Of a stretch of 49,000 nucleotides of DNA, positions 12,885-24,195 are shown piece after piece (positions within the stretch are counted from its first letter, which is position 1; each line of letters opens with the position of its first letter). Under the pieces are notes generated by a model. The model saw only the letters and a list, made by a program, of their open reading frames with translations, searched no databases and had not been told where the DNA came from. Position numbers and translations under genes: made by a program. The stretch comes from Catajapyx aquilonaris (lineage: Eukaryota). The stretch is taken from NCBI GenBank assembly GCA_000934665.2, contig JYFJ02002917.1, forward strand, positions 1-49,000, given 5' to 3'.

Positions 12885-13198
12885 AAGGATGTCACACTGG
12901 TTTAAAAGGGTGGTCCATGGTGTGACAAATCGTAGCATGGGGGCAAACTCTGACGTCACTAAATAATTGGTATGCAAGAGAGCTTTGTGATACACCTTCA
13001 CTCTCCCTCCCCCTTTGCATGCCTATCAGATAGCATTAAAATGAAGTAAGAACTCGGATTATTTTTCTTTTGAACCTATGAAATAGTCTCGATGTAACAA
13101 TTAAAAAATATTAAATGCTGTGGATAAGGGGTTCCATGCGCGATTCGTTGTGGTGTGACAGTCCGTGACACTGGGGTTAAAATCAGTGTGACATCCTT
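12885..13198. mobile_element. Old inverted-repeat element in the KLF 3' UTR region
   Basis: aaggatgtcacactggtttaa pairs with ttaaaatcagtgtgacatcctt, with weaker pairing inside and outside these arms. Confidence 0.5.
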
Positions 13199-13409
13199 CA
13201 TGTTGGGCTCCACAGAGCGCTATGCACCATGATCATGTATGAAAATACCACCCTGACAAACATTGGGTTATTTACTTAAAAAATAATTTTAAAGTTATGT
13301 ACACCTTAGCTGTCAACAACGTTGCCATTTTTCTTCTTTTTTTTCTACACAGAACCACAATCCAGGCACTCTGAGGCACAATGTCTCCCAAGTGTCTAGT
13401 GGACTCGGA

Positions 13410-13622
<213 letters not shown>

Positions 13623-16600
13623 CTATTACATATCCATTGCTATTGTTGATGATGGAAATAGGTCTGGTATAACTTTTAAACAACTATTTGTATTCAGGTC
13701 ACAATCCAATCAGACTGGATAATATCGATATCTTTTTAACATTGGCACTTCAGTAATTCACGACAGTTATCGTCATATCTTTTGGACTAATATGACGGGT
13801 CTGACAGCCCAGTACTAGTTAGCCTTCGCTGGCTTACGTCACTTTTCGCATTGAGTGATTGAGAATGCGCCAAATTTTCAGAACCTCTTTGACTCAGAGG
13901 AGCCTGCTCAAATAGGCTGTAAATTACCTCGGATGGCCATTACAAGGACTTAACGACCCGGTGAAATATGAGCCAAGCATCACATTCAATTACGGTCCGC
14001 TCTTATGACATTGCACCTGGCAACACGTGTGTGTATACGTGTTATTACGTATGCATTCTTCCGCCCTGTTTTTCAATGGAGCTCATCGACATCAACAAAA
14101 AAATGACCCCTGTTTCAAAGCCAACTAAATCATTTTCATGTATGGTATGCAGCATTGTATTTAAAAAAAAAAAAAACTCTGATGAATTTGCATGGTGGTT
14201 GGTCGGGGTGACATCATGCACCAAGAAATGGTTTGAGCAGAGAGAATGAGATCATTGCACGAGCCTTACATGTTGTCAGGTGACATACCGTGTGGCCCCA
14301 CAGGTTATTGAGGACGGTGTCCCATGTCACATAACGAGGACTGGGTGAGCCATGTCGTAAATCCGACTCGTCCCCGGACCCCTCCCTTAACATACGCCTT
14401 CCCCTGTAATTACGACAGCGGACAAGACCCTAACCTCGCAGACTTGTCCATCGTAAGGGTGGTGGTGATGTCATACGTGGTCTCAAATTTCAGGTTATGT
14501 ACCTTGGCGAATCCAGTTTGGCCCATTTGATAGCTGAGTACGGATTTGGACGCCTGTCGATGCATGTTCGGGACACGCGGTTGGCTACCGGTTGGTATTG
14601 CGCCAGGAGAACAGTAGAGAACGAGGTTTTTCCTTACAAACCGACCTGATAAGAGCATCAGATAGATGACCTCTTAGAGATGATCGTATTTTGAGTCACT
14701 CGACATGATTATTTATCGAGACGATTGAGAGTGGGACAAAAGAAATCTGACGCAAGCACGAGGAGAGAGCATCGAAACTTTTCTCACATGACAAAATCCC
14801 AGTCGCTGGGATCAAACTCAGGACCTCAATGTCTCTGCATGATTGTGAGAAATCTGACGCAACCTGCCTGTGAAGCTCGAACATGCATGCTAACTAAACT
14901 CTCTCAGACATAGGCGGATTCTTTGGTTATTCTTCATCAACTTGTACCTTTCTAGAGTGCTGATGGTTGTAACCATTGGCCTCAACTTTTGCAACTAAAA
15001 TCTAATTTGGTCGTTAAATTCATGCAGTTTAGGCCTGCGGCAACCAGAAGATCTTCATCTGCTAGCAACTTACATGTGTCCTTTGTGGTACTTAGTAGTC
15101 CGTTAAATTGAATCTGCGACCTGGTAGTCGCGAAGGGCAACAAAGCAACTCCTTTTATAGTACCGCTGAAACGATCAGAAGATTTACAGACTTTATAAAT
15201 CCGGCTGTATTTAAACGTCCTCCAAACGTCAGTGGCTGCGAAACTGCTTAGAAAAGCCGAAGGTCAATGAGCTGCTTTCTCAAACTCACTTGCTGCTTGT
15301 CACGGACCTCAAAGAGAGTATTAGCTGCAAACATCATGTTTAGCTCCCTGTTATGTGCCACTCACTTTGATATGTGGTGTGTCAGTTATTACTTCGAACC
15401 AACAATGCCTCAGCTCCCGTCGCGAATGCTCCATATATGAAACACTCCTTAAAAGGAAGAACCCTAACAGTAAGTTATGGACTTCTTTGTAACTACGTGC
15501 AGATACAGTTTGAGTGGGAGTACCACTGGTCAGTCCTTAGCAGGTCACTTTATGTCAACTAGCCAGTATTCATCTTCGTTAGCTGTTGCACATACACGTG
15601 GACATGTCCAAATACTGCAGGACCGGTCCCAGCATGCAAGCCCCTGATTGGCTCATCATTGGTTCTTCCGTCCATGTCGGACAGGGTAGATTCCCCTCTG
15701 GAAGGGGTCCCGGAGGCGACATTAGGAAGAGAAGGTCGTCTCCTCACGAGTACTCGTATCCAGGCTCGTGATTCACCTGCCGACATGTTTATCTCCGGTC
15801 GTAACTTATCCCCCGCCGCGTGTCATCCGGAGGACCCGCCAGAGATTTGTGGTCTGGACGTCCTCATCAATTCAAATTTTTGCGCCATTGTCTTCCTCTC
15901 GTCCGCCATTTCCAAGTCACAAGTAGACTCTCTTATTATTAATGATAATAATCAACCGTCTCGTTAGCAACCAAATGAAATCTACTCGTCCATCATTCCC
16001 AGAGTATAATGACTCTGCCGCATCTTGGCACGAGACATATTTTATGATATTCAAATATTACACGGTCTTTACAAAGCAGGAAATGAACCGTAGCAGTAAC
16101 AGTCTACTGTCCACATCTTTATGCTAGGGACTGTACATGTCTTCACGTAACCCTTGACTTGAAGTGATTCATGTTATCATCGGGACAAAAAAAAAACAAA
16201 CATACGATTGAGTCATACGCCACTTGAGATAGGCTAATCCTACCTTCAGCTTATCTCGTACCCGTTCATTTCATCCCACTGCTTTTACGCTCCTTGTCCG
16301 GTCTGAAAACGAATGTCCAGCAAGGATACAAACGGACATTTGGTGCCATTTCGGCCAGGAAAACAAAAGAATGCGCCTCTTTAATGGCTCCTAAGCACCG
16401 GCATGAAAAACCAGGTTATAAAACATTGGGCTACCGGTGACTCGAATATTTATAGCTGCTGTTTCTAACAATGCTGGAAGACTCAATCAATGGCTGTGGG
16501 ACATATTACAAGTGTGGACATCCCCTTGAACTAGTCAATTCCGGACAGAAAAATTTTGGGAACATTTTTCTAGGAACTTTTAGGACCCAGTATAAGTCCC

Positions 16601-19600
16601 CGGAAATAATAGACATTCCTTTTGGGCGGGTCACCCCAAAACGCTATACCCTCAACCACTGTTTTTTTCTTCTTCTTCTTCTTCTCCAAAGTCTTCATTG
16701 GTGCCCTGAGGCTGATTGGTGAACACTTGATTCACTCCGAGGTGAAAAGTTAAGGCCGTAAAAAATGGCAACAAAACAAGCCCCTTTCATTCAGGACCCG
16801 TTTTTTTTCTGTGACTTTGAACGCAAGACATACACACACACACAAAAAAAGCGAGTACGATTCATTGAGAAAAGTGGTTGGATACTGCTTAGCCTAGGGG
16901 TGTCCATTTTGAGTGCGTGATGACCACGCTTTACGTATATGCCTTTTTCTTCATTTGCATCCGGAAGGTTGGCCTTCCTAAGCACTTCCTGCCCACCAGC
17001 AATGCAGCGTTATTATCATTATTCTTGTTGTTATTTATTCCCAATCACGACTCTAGCTTCCAAGGTCCCCATTCTCGACGCTTAGATCCATCACGCCTCT
17101 ATGACTCTATATAGACTACTAACTGGCGACGACTACTTGATACAATTAGATCTGAAGTCATTGGTGTCAGTCCATTTGAAACATTTTTATAAAAGACTAC
17201 CTCTAGTAGCAGTCAAAATTTTTTTATACTGAATTACTGAAGTAATATCAGTGTTTGTTTTTGTTTGCAACTGTCTGACTGAGTAACATCGAGGAAAACT
17301 TTATGTAACACAAGGCATTCCCGAGTGATTCATGGCAGTTAGGTAACGTCACCAGAATGATATCTGAGTTCATACCATGGAAAGAAAGCCTACAATTGAA
17401 ATACCACCACACCACCACTTCCCTCCCAAGTGGGTGGTGCTATCCAAACAAAACGTTGGCCTTTATAAAAGCGACAAGCGTCTTGTAATTTAAGCCAAGT
17501 GGTCGGAGGCAATCGGGATGCAAATGAGACCATGATTGGCATGTTCATGATGCCCTCCCTTTTGCGGCTTACTTGCCTGGAGGTGATAGGATTCGAAAGT
17601 GATGTGGAGGATTTTTGTTGTTGCTGTTGCGGTTGTTGTTGCTTCTGCTGTTGTTGTTCTAGCTATGTAAGAAGCGATGGTGGTTGGGGAGGAGTGTCAT
17701 TCATTGATCACGCGCAAAGTCGTGACCACGAAAGACGTGATCTAGGAGGCAATCACGAGGACATAAGAATAGAAGCATCCCTAGACTTCAATGATGGAAT
17801 GGGAAAGGGAATACCTCCAATGGTCGAGTATGCGACGGATTGGTTCAAATTCCGGAGATTCACTGCTGATAATGTGACCCGCATAGGTCTCTAGGTCATG
17901 GCCTTCATTACCAGGTCAGATGCCCTTTCCACGCATTTCCCAAGCAGTGTGGGTTGTGAATGATATGTAAATATTAATGTATCAGTTTGGATAATTTCAT
18001 CGGATTGTCCTGCATAATTCTGCAATAATAGCTTCAAATTATTCGATATTATCTACTCGATAAGTTATAACCAGCAGTTGGAATAACCTTGTTGGTGATA
18101 TTGCAGATAATTTAAGCTGAATAGATTACATGGCATATCAATTTGGAGCAGGTATGCGAATAGTAAATTGTAGGTGACACGAGGAACTTTCGAGCAGATG
18201 GTCACAGAGAGATTTTTGTGGTCTTGGCACTAAACTGCGTTTGAATATGTTATAAAAGTTGATCACACGGAATCATTTGGCAGCTTGCTGTATCCCGTAT
18301 GGTAAAATAGAGAAAAGAGAAAATGCATAAAGAATGATGTCCTGATATGTCACTTTTGACATTCGGCAATAATGAATGCTGCACAATCCAACTAATCACG
18401 TTTGTATCAAACTGTATCAGTATAATACCAATCCGGATAAAGGGGTTCAATATATCGATATACCTATAATGTAGGTCACGCAAGAGCCTAGCATAGCAAT
18501 CTCCATATCACTTTGCATTCCAGCACCTAAGTCTCTTGAAATGAGTAATAACGCCAATGAGTCACGTACGGAACAGTCTCACATAGTAAATCATGCATCT
18601 GTGCGTGTTATTCTGATTACATTTCGCACTCAGAAAATTACTTGCAAATATGTTCAACCTGTAATGTGGTGCCTTGACAGGATCGTAGAAAACAACATGT
18701 CGCAGCCAAGTTGTCAATGCGATATAAGAAGAGCGGCATTAGAATGATGGAATGATGTTCAAGGATTTATTACTGGGCATCGGTTCATTACGTATTCCCT
18801 GGGCAATAAGAAGCATAGCCTTGTGCAGCCTGGAATGCCAGGAATGAAGCTTTCAAGGTTGGACTCAGAAATAGGAAGTGCTGCGTATGGTACATAGGGC
18901 GAGGGATCCAGCCATGATTGCCGAATGTCAAGGCCTCCTAAACATGTCCGATGACTGGACCCCAGCCAATGCATGACATGGCCAACTCGAAAAAGATATG
19001 GATTCGAGTTGACTCGCTAGTTAGTCATCATCGTAATTATGCATGAAACGGTCCTCATCTAAAAATACCTGACTCAGAGTCCTACTTTTTCCGCGTCCTA
19101 AATCCATTGATGGTCTCTGAGGGACCCGGTAACGGCATGGCCATTGACGAAGCCACAAACAGGTGACCCCCCCCCCCNGACCCCCCCCCCCCCCCGGGCC
19201 GCATACCTGTATGGATGGACGGATGCAACTAGCAAGGGGAAGGGAAGTGCCCTTGACTTGGCAGGCACCCTACCAGTATACAGGGTGCTCCTCCTCCACC
19301 CCAAAAAATTCCAAGGTGTCCAAAGGAACATGGGCCACCATTCATCAGGAAGAGGGGGGGCAGAGAAATGCTTCTACAAACACTACTTTCTTCGCCTACC
19401 GTGTAACAGGGTCACGGAAAATTTAGTCACCACCAATGACTGATTGTTGACCAACAATTAACAGTGACGTAAGATACCGTACGATCCAAATAACTATGTC
19501 TTCAGCAAGGTGGTACAGTAGCGTGGTATCGGAAGTCAACGTCGCAATCGTGCCATGGAAGTCGGTCGAACGGATAAGAAGACACGGAATGGTGTTTGGC

Positions 19601-20038
19601 CACACGCCTCTATTGCAACCACGCCCGGCCACACATACGAATAACATATCACAACAACCCAGGAGCTCAGTCACGCGTACCGGTACGTGGGACCCACAGG
19701 AACTGACATGCATGTCAATCCACCTTCTTAGTCATGACCTGCCTTTTTGGCAACACCGCAACTTATACACCCCATCTAATTGGATCATTTTTCAGGCATG
19801 GTACGTGTGCTGGGTATCTTTTTTGTTGCTTCCGCCTGGTCAATTAGGAGATTGAAGGGTTCGGATCAGATAAAGGATCCAGTGCCATTGCAAAGTTGTA
19901 AAGGATAATCTGACCAACAGGTTTGATCATCCCCTTTCAATTGGAAATGACAGGGGTTTTTTTCTCACAGACTTTGTAGGATTTCTGATCCATTTTTTTA
20001 TGGGCATGCTTATATTGAGACTTCATCAAGTGTCTCAC

Positions 20039-20098
20039 CTGTGTGGATACGCTGGTGGGCCTTCAGGTGAGAGCTCTTCGTGTACACCTTTTGGCACC
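20039..20098 (-). CDS. KLF5: KLF5/dar1-like gene, 60-nt exon (second part of zinc finger 1)
   Basis: ctctgtttcag|GG TGC CAA AAG ... CAC ACA G|gtgag encodes (G)[19 protein letters not shown](G). Phase 1-1 joins the flanking exons exactly. Not in the ORF track. Confidence 0.95.
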
Positions 20099-20209
20099 CT
20101 GAAACAGAGGAGTGATTATTATATTTTCAACAATATAGTCCAACTTTGAATATTAATATCAATTCGCCTAGGGGGAAAGATGCTCCGATGCCAAATTATA
20201 GTACAATAA

Positions 20210-20500
20210 TAATTAATAATAATTCATACCCCGTTATCAGCCGGCGGCTCTTTAGGGGGGGATATTATATTTTTTTGACTGGAACTCTTCGTTTAGTTTT
20301 TACTGCGCTTTTTGGGAGGGATAGGAAAGGAAGGAGGCGGCTGTGGCCTATTAGTTTAGGAAACAACTCCGGAATTCTCCTGGAGGAACCGTGGGAAATC
20401 ACAGAAAACCACGGTTAGAGTTGCCGGCACCGGGATTCGAACCCAGGACCTCCCGATTAGCAGTCGGATACCATATCCCCTCCGCCACCACTGTTTCGGT
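20210..20500 (-). mobile_element. tRNA-derived SINE (copy B)
   Basis: Same head, body and linker as copy C, B box GGTTCGAATCCC, and a 17-bp TSD aaattatagtacaataa (20193-20209 / 20501-20517). Confidence 0.9.
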
Positions 20501-22172
20501 AAATTATAGTACAATAAAATTAAAATTTCAAACATATGGGGCATCTTTCCTGGTACTTATTGTCTAGTCAAGGTTCTAAGCTATCGTCGGTGACTACGTT
20601 GGCGCTAAATTTAGTCTATGTAACCTGTAATTTTCAGTGTTATAAATACGGTTGAACACGCTAAATTTTTGTTTACAAAATCTTTCTCGACAGACGCTTA
20701 TTTGGCCAATCACGTGCCTGCCGCTACTTCTCAGGTACCAAGTGTTTGTCACGTTCCGCTTTGATTAGGATTCAAAATACATTGCAATATTCAGGCACTA
20801 ATTAGTACTTAAAACCATGAATCACGTGAGCAAGGTTTGCATTCAATTTGCAACTCAATATATTTTCTTCCCATTCTCTTCAAGGATAAGCCAGAGAAGG
20901 AGAGAAAGAGAGAAAAAAAATATCCAGTGATAGTGGAAGTCCGTGAATTAAGAGGAAGGAGGTGGTTGGCCAGGTTTCTCATCTCTTCTTCGTGTCTCGT
21001 TTCCCCCTCCCCTCCCCTCCCACCCCTGCCCCCTTTCATGACCACCCCCAGCCTGAGGCCTATCGAAGATGGAGGTCCTTATTTCACATGGAAACATCAA
21101 GCTCAGAATTTCAAGCAGATTTCATTCCAACTTGTGATTACTATACCACTAGTTAATGTACCGATATTAGTAAAATGTGTTACAATAGTTTCAAGGGATT
21201 GTTAGTTGCTACTAGACCATAGCAAGTAGAGCCTAAATTGCATGGGCCAAGTCCCGTTTAGGATTGAAGAAGAACGCTGCTAACTGTCACTCACCTGTCA
21301 CTGTATCAATGTAAGTAAGATATTGCTCGTTTGTAGCGTATTCGTTTGACTTATCACGATTTATCAACAGATTAGACCTGTATTCAACTGTCAGTTGATT
21401 ATACCTGATGTTCTTTTCTGACATGATTGCCGGCTTAACCGTTCCCGCAAGGGATGCGGTCTAGGCTGATTATTTGGCGAATTTTCCTGAGGGGAAAATG
21501 TTCGCACGTGACTTATGTGCAGGACTCACCTGATCGTAATTGCGAACGACAATAAATTAAAAGGACACACATTTGGTTCATTCCCCTCCAAGAAGCAAGT
21601 TCTTTCCGCGTACGGTAAATAAAAAAAAAAATGTAAAGAAAACCCGCGGTAATAAATCTGGCCAGCCCACTCACATACATATCTGATGATGAAAGAGTCG
21701 GCATCAAATCATATTTTTGAATCCGCTTTTCCAAAACGCCAAAAGGATAGCAATTACACGCATGCGGGTTGTATGATGACAAGAGAATTCGTTTGGCCAT
21801 TACTTCGTCTGGTTATCACCTCGCCATCTGCTTATTTACATGCTAATGAATCGCACGGAGAGATAGTTGATCTCACCCCTCGCTAACTAACAAGATAACT
21901 AACACCTGGAATGCTGTGGATGTGTGTCAGGATTTTTGGCAATATGGCTGCTATGTTGCAACCTTTGTTCGTCACGTTTGTGTTGTGGTGAGAGTCAAGT
22001 CAATACTGATGAAGTAAAGGAGATTCTATGCGGTTTTTTATATTTTTAATATGGCGGCAATGACGATGCATTATTGCTGTATTTAGATAATTAATAAAAT
22101 AAAAATGTAGCACAATATTTGCCTTGCGGATATAAATATTTCATCAATGTTCTGACTCAAAACGGGATCCTT

Positions 22173-22416
22173 TAGGGCTGTGCGATATCCGAAATTACAT
22201 ATCGACTTTCGATACTTAAAAAATATTGAATCGAAAAAATCGACATCGAAAAATATCGAGAACCGACATCGAACCGACATCGAAAAAAACCGAAAACCGA
22301 CATCGAAAAATTGCGATATTCGATACATCGAACATGCCAAGCGTCGGATATCGCAACTTTGATATTAGGAAAATATAGTATCGACAGTCGATATATCGAA
22401 ATATCGCACAGCCCTA
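22173..22416. mobile_element. 244-bp hAT-like MITE with many ATCGA/CGATAT subterminal repeats
   Basis: TIRs TAGGGCTGTGCGATAT / ATATCGCACAGCCCTA. The interior is built from cgacatcgaa and atatcga repeats. No clean 8-bp TSD. Confidence 0.8.
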
Positions 22417-23493
22417 CTTATCCTGCGATGAGAATTTTTATCAATTACACTGCTCTGATATTGTAACGGTGTCAAGACTTTTGAAAATACTATACTGAGG
22501 CCTTCCACTATTCAGCTGTATGTTTATGACTGCTGACATGCTTATAAACTATTTTGAAGGTAAATTTATACAAGCTAAATAAGCACTGTAAGTAGCCATA
22601 AACATTGATATTAAACTGCATCACTATAACTATACTTATGCGCATCATGTACTTTGTATTTACTTCTAACAAGTGGAAGGTTGCCCAAGTGCCTGCCAAT
22701 TTACATCATCAACAGGTGTACCATTATTTTAGAAATGTCAGAAAGGTAAAGACGTAGTCCATAGTTAAACCTCCTCGACATTATAGCTTATACAATATTT
22801 CAAACAAAACTCAAAACTAAAGTTTGCTTTGATTTAAGCGCTTATTATTTTATGGCGTGAACCTCTTGGTTACAGAGGTGTGAATTTGGTGGTCATTTTT
22901 TTTTTGCTAGTTAATGACCGCCATATAATATTGGCTCTGTCCGGTTATGTAGATTCGCCTGACCACAGCGCATAACTCGCATCGTGTCCCGCAGAACCGC
23001 GAAACAGATCCCGGTACCCCGGTATTATACACTAAAATAATTAGTAGGACCTCACATAAGTAAGGGACTTAGCAGGTTGTTTACGTGGGTGCATAAACGT
23101 TGATAATTGGTCTGCCGCAGAGACTGGGAAATATATGACCCTAAATTTTATAAACGCCATAATCAAGTCGCTAAGAGATATAAAATTACACCAGCAGGAG
23201 ATCAAATCCACACATGAAGACGCTAAGAAAATTTTTTCAGCTACGGAAACTATTTTCGGCATTTTTAAAGAGCCGTATAAGTGTCTCGAAGGCAGTAATT
23301 TATTTTTTTAATGGTCCCTTCTTCTTACCTACTTGGGCAAAAAAAATATCGTAGGTTCCGGTTTTGGTAGCATAAAATAGGCAATATTTTATAATATGCC
23401 CACCGTAGTGGGAAGAGGTTTGTCATTATTGTAATTCAGTGTTTTGGCACCAAAACAAATTAAAAATATGCCGTTTGATTCGTATAGCTTATA

Positions 23494-23824
23494 CAGGGTT
23501 GGGCAAAATGAATAACAGTATTTGAATCACGTGGTACTGTGGTGCTATTTGCGCATGCGCTGGATATTGGCATGTGCTGGAGTGGGGAAGGTATGCCATT
23601 TGAAAAAATTGCGTCGTGGTCAGCAGACCACCATGCATTCGTCATGGAGGATTATTTTTAAAATAATTCTTCACGATGAATGCACGGTGTTCTGCTGACC
23701 ACGACGCAATTTTTGCAAATGGCATACCTTCCCTACTCCAGCACATGCCAATCTCCCGCTCATGTGCAAATAGCCCCACCGTAACACGTCATTCAAATCC
23801 TGTTTTTCATTTTGCCTAACCCTG
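23494..23824. mobile_element. 331-bp fully palindromic mariner-type MITE
   Basis: Ends are TA|CAGGGTTGGGCAAAATGAA and TTCATTTTGCCTAACCCTG|TA. The arms pair to the centre (about 23659). Confidence 0.9.
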
Positions 23825-23980
23825 TATAAGGGCGTGCTATGCGCATGAGGGGAAGAAATGTCCAACAGGCTATGCCCTGCATGGTTGTGGACACAAAATA
23901 AAAATAACTTCCGTACATAGCAATACTGCACATTAATAGTCTACTAGGATAATGAGAATCATACAAATTGACTCCCAATA

Positions 23981-24068
23981 CAGTGAAACTTGTGTATGTT
24001 GGACACTGGCGGTTCCATGAAAAATGTCCAACATAATATTAAAGTGTCCAACTTTACAGGCTTCACTG
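23981..24068. mobile_element. 88-bp pogo/Tigger-like mini-element
   Basis: Ends are TA|CAGTGAAACTTGTG and ACAGGCTTCACTG. Its ATGTTGGACA/TGTCCAACAT motifs are shared with 33212-33488. Confidence 0.65.
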
Positions 24069-24079
24069 TGCCAAAACCA

Positions 24080-24195
24080 CACAGGTAGCACACTTCGTCG
24101 GCCCGACCTCTCCCCAAAATCGGGCCGAAGTCGCATTCATCGGCTATGTAACGGCGACGTAGCCAGTCTAGCGCCGACGTTGGCCCGCCGTATCT
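24080..24195. mobile_element. Possible CACTA/EnSpm-like terminal fragment
   Basis: Starts cacaggtagcacac (similar to CCCAG-type animal EnSpm ends) and contains CpG-rich tcggcccga / cgggccga / ccgacgttggccc repeats. No second end seen. Confidence 0.3.

Noticed and set aside
15559..15967. GC-rich coding-like island in the last KLF intron
   Set aside because: The frames examined are short or interrupted, and no domain or clear splice pair was recognised.
17499..17894. 131-aa Cys-rich + strand ORF (metallothionein-like CCCCCGCCC)
   Set aside because: The poly-Cys is just the antisense reading of the CAA/CAG repeat.
19167..19197. Long C/G homopolymers as G-quadruplex elements (also about 24680 and 42275)
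   Set aside because: They contain N bases, so lengths are unreliable assembly calls.
22180..22410. CRISPR-like or coding repeat array (ORFs 22180-22362 and 22083-22340)
   Set aside because: These are irregular short ATCGA motifs enclosed by hAT-type TIRs, with no fixed repeat-spacer period, in a eukaryotic context.
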